From assembly GCA_052034805.1 (NCBI GenBank), contig JBPOID010000007.1:26495-90494 (forward strand): a stretch of 64,000 nucleotides of DNA, read 5' to 3'. A program made the translations under genes and the position numbers. Below are positions 56,365 to 64,000 of the stretch, in pieces (the stretch's first letter is position 1; every line of letters starts with the position of its first letter). The stretch comes from Candidatus Tayloriibacteriota bacterium (lineage in GTDB: Bacteria; Patescibacteriota; Minisyncoccia; Phycocordibacterales; PALSA-1337). The notes under the pieces were generated by a model. The model made no database searches. It was not told where the DNA came from and saw only the letters and a list, made by a program, of their open reading frames with translations.

Positions 56365-58027
56365 ATTCAGATTAAATAAAGAAATAGATCCAGATGAAAT
56401 ATTCATCGATTCTAGGAATTTGCCGAAATACGATACAAATCAATTCGAAGGACGTTTAGACAAACCAATTTCTAGAATAAGTTTGTTCTTGGTATTAGCT
56501 TTTTTCTTTATAATAATGATTTCTTTTGGTGTAAAAGTATGGACATTACAGATAAAAGATGGAGAAAAATACACAACAAAGAGTGAGAATAATAGACTCA
56601 GAAGCACACCGATATTTGCCCCGCGAGGTGTCGTATACGATAGAAATGGTGTGGAATTAGTATGGAATGAACCTGGTATAGAAGACGAAGGTTTCCCTTT
56701 GAGGAAATACAAAGATTTACCCGGACTTTCTCATGTTATAGGTTATGTTCAATATCCTTCCAAAGATAGTTCAGGATTTTATTATAAAGAAGATTTCGAA
56801 GGTATAGATGGAGTGGAGGATTATTTTGACGATATTCTAAGAGGACAAAATGGTTCAAAGATAATAGAGGTAGATGCGCGTGGTAAAGTTCAAAGTGAGA
56901 ATATAACCAAACCTCCGAAACAGGGTGAGAACATAACCTTGTCTATAGATTCTAGGGTGCAGTCAGAGATGTACACAGCGATACAGAATGTTGCGAATAA
57001 TGTAGGTTTCGCGGGTGGAGCTGGTATTATTATGGATATTACAAATGGAGAAATAATATCTCTAACTAGTTATCCTGAATATGATTCAGAGATTATGTCA
57101 TTAAAAAAGGATGTAGCGAAAGTAAAATCTTTTTTAAATGATAAAAATAAACCTTTTCTAGATAGAGCTATAGGTGGTCTATATGCTCCAGGGTCTATTA
57201 TAAAACCTTATATAGCTTTAGGTGCTTTGAATGAGAATATTATTGATCCAAATAAAGAAATATTGAGTACAGGTTCAATATCTATACAGAATGATTATGA
57301 TTCTAGTTTACAAACTATATTCAAAGACTGGAAAGCGCTGGGTTATGTAGATATGCGTCATGCTATCGCTATGTCTTCTGATGTTTATTTTTATGAAATA
57401 GGTGGAGGATATAAAGATCAGAAAGGTCTCGGAATAGATAGAATAAATAAATATATGAATATATTCGGTTTCGGAAAGGGAATAGAAAATTCTTTCTTTT
57501 CTGGACCAAATGGAACTGTACCGAATCCAGAATGGAAAAAAGCAACATTCAATGGTGAGACTTGGAGACTAGGTAATACTTATCATACTTCTATAGGACA
57601 ATATGGTTTCCAAGTTTCTCCAATACAAATAGTGAGAGGTATGGGTGCAATAGCTACAGAAGGTATATTACGCAATCCTTCTATAATAAAAGGAGTAGAA
57701 GGTAAAATAATAAATAAAATAGATATAAAGAAAAGTTATTTCGATATTATTCATGAAGGAATGAGACTTGGAGCAACAATAGGTACAGGTAAAGCTCTAA
57801 ATGTTCCATATGTAGAAATAGCTTCAAAATCTGGTACTGCAGAATTAGGTGTTGAAAAGAGTAATGTAAATTCTTGGATTACTGGCTTTTTTCCTTATAA
57901 AAATCCAAAATATGCCTTCACTATAGTTATGGAAAAAGGCTCAGTTCATAACTTAATAGGGGGTGTGGCTGTCATGAAAGATGTATTGGATTGGATGAAT
58001 ACAAATACCCCTGAATACTTCAAGTAA
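56354..58027 (+). CDS. mrdA: Penicillin-binding protein 2 (peptidoglycan D,D-transpeptidase)
   Basis: N-terminal TM anchor. SxxK (GSIIKPY), SxN (MSSDVYF), KSG (ASKSGTAE). Confidence 0.75.
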   Translation: MRRKFRLNKEIDPDEIFIDSRNLPKYDTNQFEGRLDKPISRISLFLVLAFFFIIMISFGVKVWTLQIKDGEKYTTKSENNRLRSTPIFAPRGVVYDRNGVELVWNEPGIEDEGFPLRKYKDLPGLSHVIGYVQYPSKDSSGFYYKEDFEGIDGVEDYFDDILRGQNGSKIIEVDARGKVQSENITKPPKQGENITLSIDSRVQSEMYTAIQNVANNVGFAGGAGIIMDITNGEIISLTSYPEYDSEIMSLKKDVAKVKSFLNDKNKPFLDRAIGGLYAPGSIIKPYIALGALNENIIDPNKEILSTGSISIQNDYDSSLQTIFKDWKALGYVDMRHAIAMSSDVYFYEIGGGYKDQKGLGIDRINKYMNIFGFGKGIENSFFSGPNGTVPNPEWKKATFNGETWRLGNTYHTSIGQYGFQVSPIQIVRGMGAIATEGILRNPSIIKGVEGKIINKIDIKKSYFDIIHEGMRLGATIGTGKALNVPYVEIASKSGTAELGVEKSNVNSWITGFFPYKNPKYAFTIVMEKGSVHNLIGGVAVMKDVLDWMNTNTPEYFK

Positions 58028-58098
58028 TCTTTGTTTTTTCTTGGATTTATGCTATACTATCCTGAATATTTATTAAGAGTACTAAATTTAAATAAAAA

Positions 58099-58566
58099 AT
58101 GAAAGAGACACCACAGTATCTTACGAAGGATAAATTACAAGAATTTGAGAAGGAACTCAATTATCTTAAGAGTGAAAGAAGAAAACAGGTAGCAGAAAGT
58201 CTAGAATATGCAAAAAAATTAGGTGATTTGTCTGAAAATGCAGAATACAATGAAGCACGTCAGGAACAAGCTGAAGTTGAAGATCGTATCGTTCATTTAG
58301 AAAATTTGATAAAGAAAGCTGTTATAGTAGATGAAACTAGTGGAGATAATGCAAATATAGGTTCAGTAGTGAAAGTACAAAAGGTAGGTGAAAAAGATAT
58401 AAGAACATACAAAATAGTAGGTTCAGAAGAAGCAGATATGGCTAGTGGCAAGATATCCAACCTTTCTCCAATAGGTTCTTCATTATTAGGAAAGAAAGAA
58501 GGTGATGTATTCACTTTCAATACTCCCAAAGGTGAGGTAACATATAAACTAATTAGTATAGAATAA
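58099..58566 (+). CDS. greA: Transcription elongation factor GreA
   Basis: N-terminal coiled-coil with the acidic tip (DLSENAEYNEARQEQ) and a C-terminal FKBP-like domain. Confidence 0.85.
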   Translation: MKETPQYLTKDKLQEFEKELNYLKSERRKQVAESLEYAKKLGDLSENAEYNEARQEQAEVEDRIVHLENLIKKAVIVDETSGDNANIGSVVKVQKVGEKDIRTYKIVGSEEADMASGKISNLSPIGSSLLGKKEGDVFTFNTPKGEVTYKLISIE

Positions 58567-58578
58567 ATTTTTTAAAAT

Positions 58579-60036
58579 ATGTCATCTTTAGAAGAGATAA
58601 GAAAGGTCCGCTTAAGTAAACTAGAATTACTAAAAGCGGCAGGTATGAATCCTTTTCCATCAAAGGTTCCTCGTACTTTTTGTTTGCATGATGCAAAAGA
58701 AAATTTCAAAGAATATTCAGAAAGTAAAAAAGAAGTTTCTCTAACAGGTAGAATAATGGTGATAAGAGGCCAAGGAGCTATTCTTTTTGCTGTACTTTAT
58801 GATGGTAAGGGTAAAATGCAAGCAGTATTTAAAAAAGATGAAATAAAAGCAGATAAATTCAAATTATTCACTGATGCAATAGATATAGGAGATTTCATAT
58901 CTGTTACAGGAACTTTCTTTACAACAGAGCGTGGTGAAAATAGTATTTTGGTAAAAGATTGGACAATAGCTACAAAGACTTTGCTTCCACTTCCAGAAAA
59001 ATGGCATGGTATACAAGATACAGATGAAAGATATAGAAAGCGTTATCTTGATATATTAATGAATCCAGAATTATACGATTTATTTAAAAAGAAAACTCAA
59101 TTTTGGGATGTTACTAGGAATTTCTTGAGAGATAATGGTTTTATCGAAGTCGAAACCCCAACACTCGAAGTCACCACAGGTGGGGCAGAAGCTACTCCTT
59201 TCAAAACACATCATAATGATTATGATTTGGATGTATATCTACGTATTTCGGTTGGGGAATTATGGCAGAAAAGACTGATGTCTGCTGGTTTTCCTAAAAC
59301 TTTTGAAATAGGAAGAGTATATAGAAATGAAGGTTCAAGTCCTGAACATTTGCAAGAATTTACTAATATGGAATTCTATTGGTCCTTTGCTGATTATGAA
59401 GATGGAATGAAATTAGTAAGAGAAATGTATATAAAGATTGCAAAAGAAGTCTTCGGTAAAACAGAGTTTACAACTCGTGGTCATACTTTTGATTTGGCAA
59501 ATGAATGGCAGAGAATAGATTATACCGATGAAATAAAGAAACAAACAGGAATAGATATAATCAAAGCCAGTGACAAAGATATAGAAGATAAAATAAAAGA
59601 ATTAAAGATAAAATACGATGGTAAAAATCGTGAAAGACTAGTAGATACATTATGGAAATATTGCAGAAAGAATATCTCTGGTCCAGCATTTCTCGTGAAT
59701 CATCCTGTATTAGTTGCACCACTTGCAAAGAGAATAGAAGGCAAAGATACAGTACAAATGTTCCAACCTATAATAGCCGGTAGTGAAATGGGTAGAGGAT
59801 ATTCAGAATTAAATGATCCTATAGATCAGAGAAATAGATTCGAAGAGCAAAAGAAATTATTAAAATCAGGTGATACAGAAGCTATGATGGAAGATTTGGA
59901 ATTCGTAGAGATGTTGGAGCATGGTATGCCACCTACATGTGGATTCGGATTTGGAGAAAGATTGTTTGCCTTCCTTGCAGACAAGCCAGCTCGCGAATTG
60001 CAAATGTTTCCTCTCATGAGGCCTAAATCAGAATAA
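58579..60036 (+). CDS. lysS: Lysine--tRNA ligase (class II)
   Basis: N-terminal OB fold, FIEVETPTLEVTTGGAEATPF, motif 2/3 regions, 485 aa. Confidence 0.85.
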   Translation: MSSLEEIRKVRLSKLELLKAAGMNPFPSKVPRTFCLHDAKENFKEYSESKKEVSLTGRIMVIRGQGAILFAVLYDGKGKMQAVFKKDEIKADKFKLFTDAIDIGDFISVTGTFFTTERGENSILVKDWTIATKTLLPLPEKWHGIQDTDERYRKRYLDILMNPELYDLFKKKTQFWDVTRNFLRDNGFIEVETPTLEVTTGGAEATPFKTHHNDYDLDVYLRISVGELWQKRLMSAGFPKTFEIGRVYRNEGSSPEHLQEFTNMEFYWSFADYEDGMKLVREMYIKIAKEVFGKTEFTTRGHTFDLANEWQRIDYTDEIKKQTGIDIIKASDKDIEDKIKELKIKYDGKNRERLVDTLWKYCRKNISGPAFLVNHPVLVAPLAKRIEGKDTVQMFQPIIAGSEMGRGYSELNDPIDQRNRFEEQKKLLKSGDTEAMMEDLEFVEMLEHGMPPTCGFGFGERLFAFLADKPARELQMFPLMRPKSE

Positions 60037-60078
60037 ATTTTTTTAAAAGATAATTTTTAAGAGATAATTCATAAAAAT

Positions 60079-60112
60079 AAAAACCATGGAATTCACCATG
60101 GTTTTTGTGTTT
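60079..60112 (+). terminator. Intrinsic terminator after lysS
   Basis: aaaaccatgg aattca ccatggtttt followed by tgtgtttttg. Confidence 0.65.
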
Positions 60113-60128
60113 TTGCATCGTCAATTCG

Positions 60129-60524
60129 TCAATGAACGACGGTCGGCTTTTTCCTGAAATGTTTCTTATTATCAGAATTATTACTGGAATTTGTGTCGTG
60201 ATTTCTGTCGAGAATACTCCCAGGAAGAAATCCGCCGATTGTCATCCATTCAACATCGTATCCTAGTATCTCATTCAAAGCCAATGCGATATTCTTTGCT
60301 TTATCTCCTTTCGTATCCCTGACTATCATATAGGGTGAAGCGCATCTCTCACTTCTCTTTAAATGACATGTTTTGGTGTCTGCAGGGATCACGGTGACGA
60401 TCGCATCAGATGAGTGACCTATGCTATTCAAGACATTGATCACATTGTCTAAGAGGTACTCCAAGATTGGTTTTTTAAAACCCACCAGAATTACGTTTGG
60501 CATATTTCCTTTTTGTTTTTTCAA
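60129..60524 (-). CDS. Hypothetical protein (probable start at MPNVILVGF, 60503)
   Basis: About 125 aa with a Ser/Asn-rich disordered C-terminus. GC somewhat above background. No family recognised. Confidence 0.3.
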   Translation of the reverse strand: MKKQKGNMPNVILVGFKKPILEYLLDNVINVLNSIGHSSDAIVTVIPADTKTCHLKRSERCASPYMIVRDTKGDKAKNIALALNEILGYDVEWMTIGGFLPGSILDRNHDTNSSNNSDNKKHFRKKPTVVH

Positions 60525-60741
60525 CTCCTAAAATACTATAGATTATTTATAAAATTATGTCAATGTTTTTAAATAAATATAAAATCGAATTATTTTCCTT
60601 ATTTATCCACAGTTTTAGCAATACAAAAACATTAAAGTGGTATATAATATCCATTAAGTGGGAAGAGGTGGTAAGAAAGTAATTTTCAAATAATTTAGAA
60701 TTTTTTGAAAAGCTTTATATCAAATCTTACACAATAACTAT

Positions 60742-61182
60742 ATGCTCATCGGAGAATACAGACATGTAATAGATGATAAGAATCGCTTGTCTCTTCCGGC
60801 AAAGTTCCGCAAGGAGACAGGTAGAAAAGTAGTTATAACTTCCGGGCTAGACTCTTGTCTATTTATTTTCACAATAAAGTCCTGGGAGAATATTACAGAA
60901 CGTCTATCTTCTTCTGATTCTTCGATGCTTTCAGCGGACAACAGAAGTTTCAATCGCTATCTCCTAGGAGGTGCGGTTGAAATAGATGTTGATGCATTAG
61001 GTCGAATGCTTATACCAGATTATCTACTAAAAAGAGCACAATTAGGTAGAAATGTTGTGATAGTAGGAGTTAGAGGTAGAGCAGAGATCTGGGCAGAGAG
61101 TCGCTGGGATGCTTATAGAGCCGAGATAGAAGGCAAGGCGGATAAGCTTGCTGAGAAGCTCGGAGAAGCAGGAATGATATAG
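60742..61182 (+). CDS. mraZ: Transcriptional regulator MraZ
   Basis: MLIGEYRHVIDDKNRLSLPAKFR and a second repeat (DALGRMLIP). First gene of the dcw cluster. Confidence 0.85.
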   Translation: MLIGEYRHVIDDKNRLSLPAKFRKETGRKVVITSGLDSCLFIFTIKSWENITERLSSSDSSMLSADNRSFNRYLLGGAVEIDVDALGRMLIPDYLLKRAQLGRNVVIVGVRGRAEIWAESRWDAYRAEIEGKADKLAEKLGEAGMI

Positions 61183-61186
61183 CTTT

Positions 61187-62086
61187 ATGCATATCACAGT
61201 TCTTTTAAAAGAATCAATAGATAATCTCAATATTCATCCTAAAGATGTATATCTTGATGGAACCTTGGGTAGTGGAGGACATACTAGATACGCTATAGAG
61301 AAAGCCAATGGAGATATTACCGTTATAGGTTTAGATGAGGATAAAGATGCATTAGAAAGATCAAGAAAGAATATTTCGAATATTCCAAATCTAGACGAAA
61401 AAAGAATTTTCTTTGTACAGTCTAACTATAGAGATATAGATAAAGTCCTAAATGATATTCATATAGAAAAGGTAGATAAAATAATGCTTGATCTAGGAAT
61501 TTCTTCTAATCAATTAGAAGAATCAAATAGAGGATTTACTTTCAAGAATGATGAACCATTACTCATGACATTTTCTAAAAATCCTAAAGAAGATGATCTG
61601 ACAGCAGAATATATAGTGAATAATTGGGCCGAGGAAAGTATCGCAGATATTATTTATGGTTATGGTGAAGAGAGATATGCTAGGAGAATAGCTCATGCAA
61701 TAGTCGAATATAGAAAAAAGAAAGCCATAAAAACAACATTTGAACTTGTAGATATAGTGAAAAGCGCAGTACCGAAATTCTATCAGAATGGCAAGATTCA
61801 TCCAGCTACTAGAACATTCCAAGCATTGAGAATATCTGTAAATGATGAATTAAATGGCCTTAAAGAAGTTTTAAAGAAAGGATTCGATAGATTATCAGAG
61901 AATGGAAGAATGGCAATAATTTCATTTCATAGTTTAGAAGACAGAATAGTAAAAAATTTTTATAAAGAAAAGATGAAAGAAATGGGTGCAAAGATAATAA
62001 CAAAGAAACCCATAATAGCGAGTGAAGAAGAATTACGATCTAATCCTAGATCAAGAAGTGCAAAATTAAGAATAATAGAAAAATAA
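61187..62086 (+). CDS. rsmH: 16S rRNA (cytosine1402-N4)-methyltransferase RsmH
   Basis: HITVLLKESIDNL...VYLDGTLGSGGHT. Confidence 0.85.
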   Translation: MHITVLLKESIDNLNIHPKDVYLDGTLGSGGHTRYAIEKANGDITVIGLDEDKDALERSRKNISNIPNLDEKRIFFVQSNYRDIDKVLNDIHIEKVDKIMLDLGISSNQLEESNRGFTFKNDEPLLMTFSKNPKEDDLTAEYIVNNWAEESIADIIYGYGEERYARRIAHAIVEYRKKKAIKTTFELVDIVKSAVPKFYQNGKIHPATRTFQALRISVNDELNGLKEVLKKGFDRLSENGRMAIISFHSLEDRIVKNFYKEKMKEMGAKIITKKPIIASEEELRSNPRSRSAKLRIIEK

Positions 62087-62088
62087 TA

Positions 62089-62418
62089 ATGGTAAAGTTC
62101 ATAACAATTTCATATAAAGTTTTACATAAAGAAAGAGAAAGACTATTTTATATTTTGATAGCTTGTGTAGTGTTTACTATATCTCTATACGGTTTTCTTA
62201 TTCAGAAGGCTATTATGAATGTTGTAGCAAGAGAAGATATAGCAAAAGAAATAGCGTTAAACGGAGCAAAAGTTGGGGATTTGGAGGGAAAATATTTATC
62301 ATTGAAGAATAGTATAACCATTGATCTTGCCTATGAAAAAGGATTAAAAGATGCTGTAGCGCCTTACTATATATCAAAGAAATCTATTACTGCCATGGCT
62401 TCGAAAAATGAATTCTAA
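62089..62418 (+). CDS. Small bitopic membrane protein in the FtsL position
   Basis: 109 aa, single TM (LFYILIACVVFTISLYGFLI), between rsmH and ftsI. Confidence 0.4.
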   Translation: MVKFITISYKVLHKERERLFYILIACVVFTISLYGFLIQKAIMNVVAREDIAKEIALNGAKVGDLEGKYLSLKNSITIDLAYEKGLKDAVAPYYISKKSITAMASKNEF

Positions 62419-64000
62419 TTCAATATCAATATCTAGAATACGCATAGTATTAATCCTTATATGCTTTTTTGCTTTGATAATTTTATCAAAGCTTTATTGG
62501 GTTCAAATAATAAAGGGTGATGAATATGCAAAACAAGGAGACGCCCAATACACCAAACCTTCTTCGAAAGTCTTCGACAGAGGTTCTATTTTATTTGAAA
62601 CAAAATCAAAATCAAGAGTTGGTGTTGCTACTATAAAAGATGGATATACATTAGCTATAAATCCAAAGAATATAAAGGATCCAGAAACTATATACAAAAT
62701 ACTTTCACAATATGTAAAAGATATAGATCATGATACCTTTATAAAAAAAGCTAGTAAGACAAATGATCAATACGAAGAAATAATGAAGAGAATAGATACT
62801 GATACAGGTATATCTATAATAGAATTGAAATTATCAGGAGTAGAAGTTGTAGAAGATAATTGGAGAACATATTCAGGAAATGAAATGTCAGCACATACTA
62901 TAGGTCTTGTTGGCTTTAATGGAAAAGATGAATTAAAGGGACAATATGGTCTAGAAAAATATTATGAGAATATACTATCTAGAAATAATTCTGCATCTAA
63001 TGTGAACTTTTTCGCTGAACTTTTCTCAGATATAAAATATAATATCTTTGAAAATGAAAAAGAAGAAGGAGATATAGTATCATCTATAGATCCCACAGTA
63101 GAAAATGAATTAGAGAAAACTCTGGAGAAAATACAAGATACATGGAAATCAGAAAGTGTAGGAGGAATAATAATGGATCCAAATACAGGTGAAATATATG
63201 CCATGGCTCTTAGGCCTACATTTAATCCTAATAATTTAAAAGATATAAAGAATCCAGCAGTATTTTCTAATAGTCTTGTTGAAAGTGTATATGAAATGGG
63301 TTCCATTATAAAACCATTAACTGTAGTGGTGGGTATAGACTCCGGAGCAATTGATAAAGATTTTACATATGATGATACAGGATTCCTAATGCTAGATAAT
63401 AAAAAAATATCGAATTTCGATGGAAAAGCTAGAGGTATAATACCAGTACAAGAAGTATTGAGTCAGTCTCTAAATGTTGGTGCTGCTACTATAGCTCTCA
63501 AAGTAGGTAATGAAGAATTTACAAAATACTTTTTGAGTTTTGGTTTAGGAGATAAAACTGGTATAGATCAGCCGAATGAGCAAGAAGGAATAGTGAAAAA
63601 TCTACAATCAAATAGAGATATAGAACATGCCACGGCATCTTATGGTCAGGGGATAGCCATATCACCAATAGAAACGATAAGAGCTTTGTCTATACTTGCA
63701 AATGGCGGGAAATTAGTAAGACCACATATAATAAAAGAAATAGATTATTCTAATGGTAATAATAAAATTATTCCCATAGAAAGTACACAAGTTATAAAGA
63801 AAGAAACAGCCACAGATGTAACAAAAATGCTTGTAAATGTTGTAGATAAAGCATTACGTAAAGGTGCCGTTAAAATGGATAGATATAGCATAGCCGCAAA
63901 GACAGGTACGGCACAGATTGCAGATAATAAGAATGGCGGGTATTATACCGATAGGTATTTGCATTCCTTTTTTGGCTATTTCCCAGCATATAATCCAAAA
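62408..64000 (+). CDS. ftsI: Penicillin-binding protein FtsI-like transpeptidase (5' portion; open to the end of the window)
   Basis: Not in the ORF track (no stop). N-terminal TM, SxxK (MGSIIKP), SxN (SQSLNVG), KTG (AAKTGTAQ). Overlaps the previous gene by 11 nt. Confidence 0.75.
   Translation, partial: MNSNSISISRIRIVLILICFFALIILSKLYWVQIIKGDEYAKQGDAQYTKPSSKVFDRGSILFETKSKSRVGVATIKDGYTLAINPKNIKDPETIYKILSQYVKDIDHDTFIKKASKTNDQYEEIMKRIDTDTGISIIELKLSGVEVVEDNWRTYSGNEMSAHTIGLVGFNGKDELKGQYGLEKYYENILSRNNSASNVNFFAELFSDIKYNIFENEKEEGDIVSSIDPTVENELEKTLEKIQDTWKSESVGGIIMDPNTGEIYAMALRPTFNPNNLKDIKNPAVFSNSLVESVYEMGSIIKPLTVVVGIDSGAIDKDFTYDDTGFLMLDNKKISNFDGKARGIIPVQEVLSQSLNVGAATIALKVGNEEFTKYFLSFGLGDKTGIDQPNEQEGIVKNLQSNRDIEHATASYGQGIAISPIETIRALSILANGGKLVRPHIIKEIDYSNGNNKIIPIESTQVIKKETATDVTKMLVNVVDKALRKGAVKMDRYSIAAKTGTAQIADNKNGGYYTDRYLHSFFGYFPAYNPK

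Noticed and set aside
1-64000. CRISPR array, rRNA genes, transposase or integrase
   Set aside because: No regularly spaced direct repeats, no rRNA-like GC-rich kilobase segments, and no DDE, HUH or tyrosine-recombinase ORFs were recognisable in any frame.

Overview
This is a low-GC (about 30-35 %), gene-dense bacterial segment with short intergenic spacers and compact, often shortened housekeeping proteins. From composition and gene content I infer a reduced-genome, Patescibacteria/CPR-like organism; that is inference only. The backbone is conserved core machinery. It includes mnmA, a family-4 uracil-DNA glycosylase, pepF, and a compact alaS. There is an infA-rpmJ-rpsM-rpsK-rpsD-rpoA-rplQ-rplM-rpsI ribosomal operon. 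A grpE / dnaK / J-protein chaperone region follows, then an RND efflux pair, trpS, type IV pilin-like genes, and a DD-carboxypeptidase. Further on are a DEAD-box helicase, hpf, a def-fmt fusion, a priA-like gene, murA, and two mreB paralogs, one of them with mreC/mreD-like/PBP2. The remainder holds frr, rseP, proS, greA, lysS and the start of a division/cell-wall cluster (mraZ-rsmH-ftsL-like-ftsI). The most unusual feature is a GC-enriched (about 43-48 %) block at roughly 35.3-41.7 kb. On the minus strand it carries an apparent operon. The operon encodes a Fur-family regulator, a MinD/CooC-type P-loop ATPase, a fusion of a CysK-like PLP enzyme with a rhodanese domain, and a Zn-ribbon protein. 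It also carries a membrane-protein paralog of a gene at 27.6 kb. The block ends at a 19-nt exact copy of the 3' end of a tRNA-Asn gene located 1.5 kb away, an att-like signature of tRNA-targeted integration. Two further GC-rich, hairpin-dense non-coding segments (13.73-13.99 kb and 50.72-51.23 kb) look like structured RNAs that I cannot assign to a family. The priA homolog appears to lack Walker A and DExH motifs. No CRISPR array, rRNA or transposase was seen.
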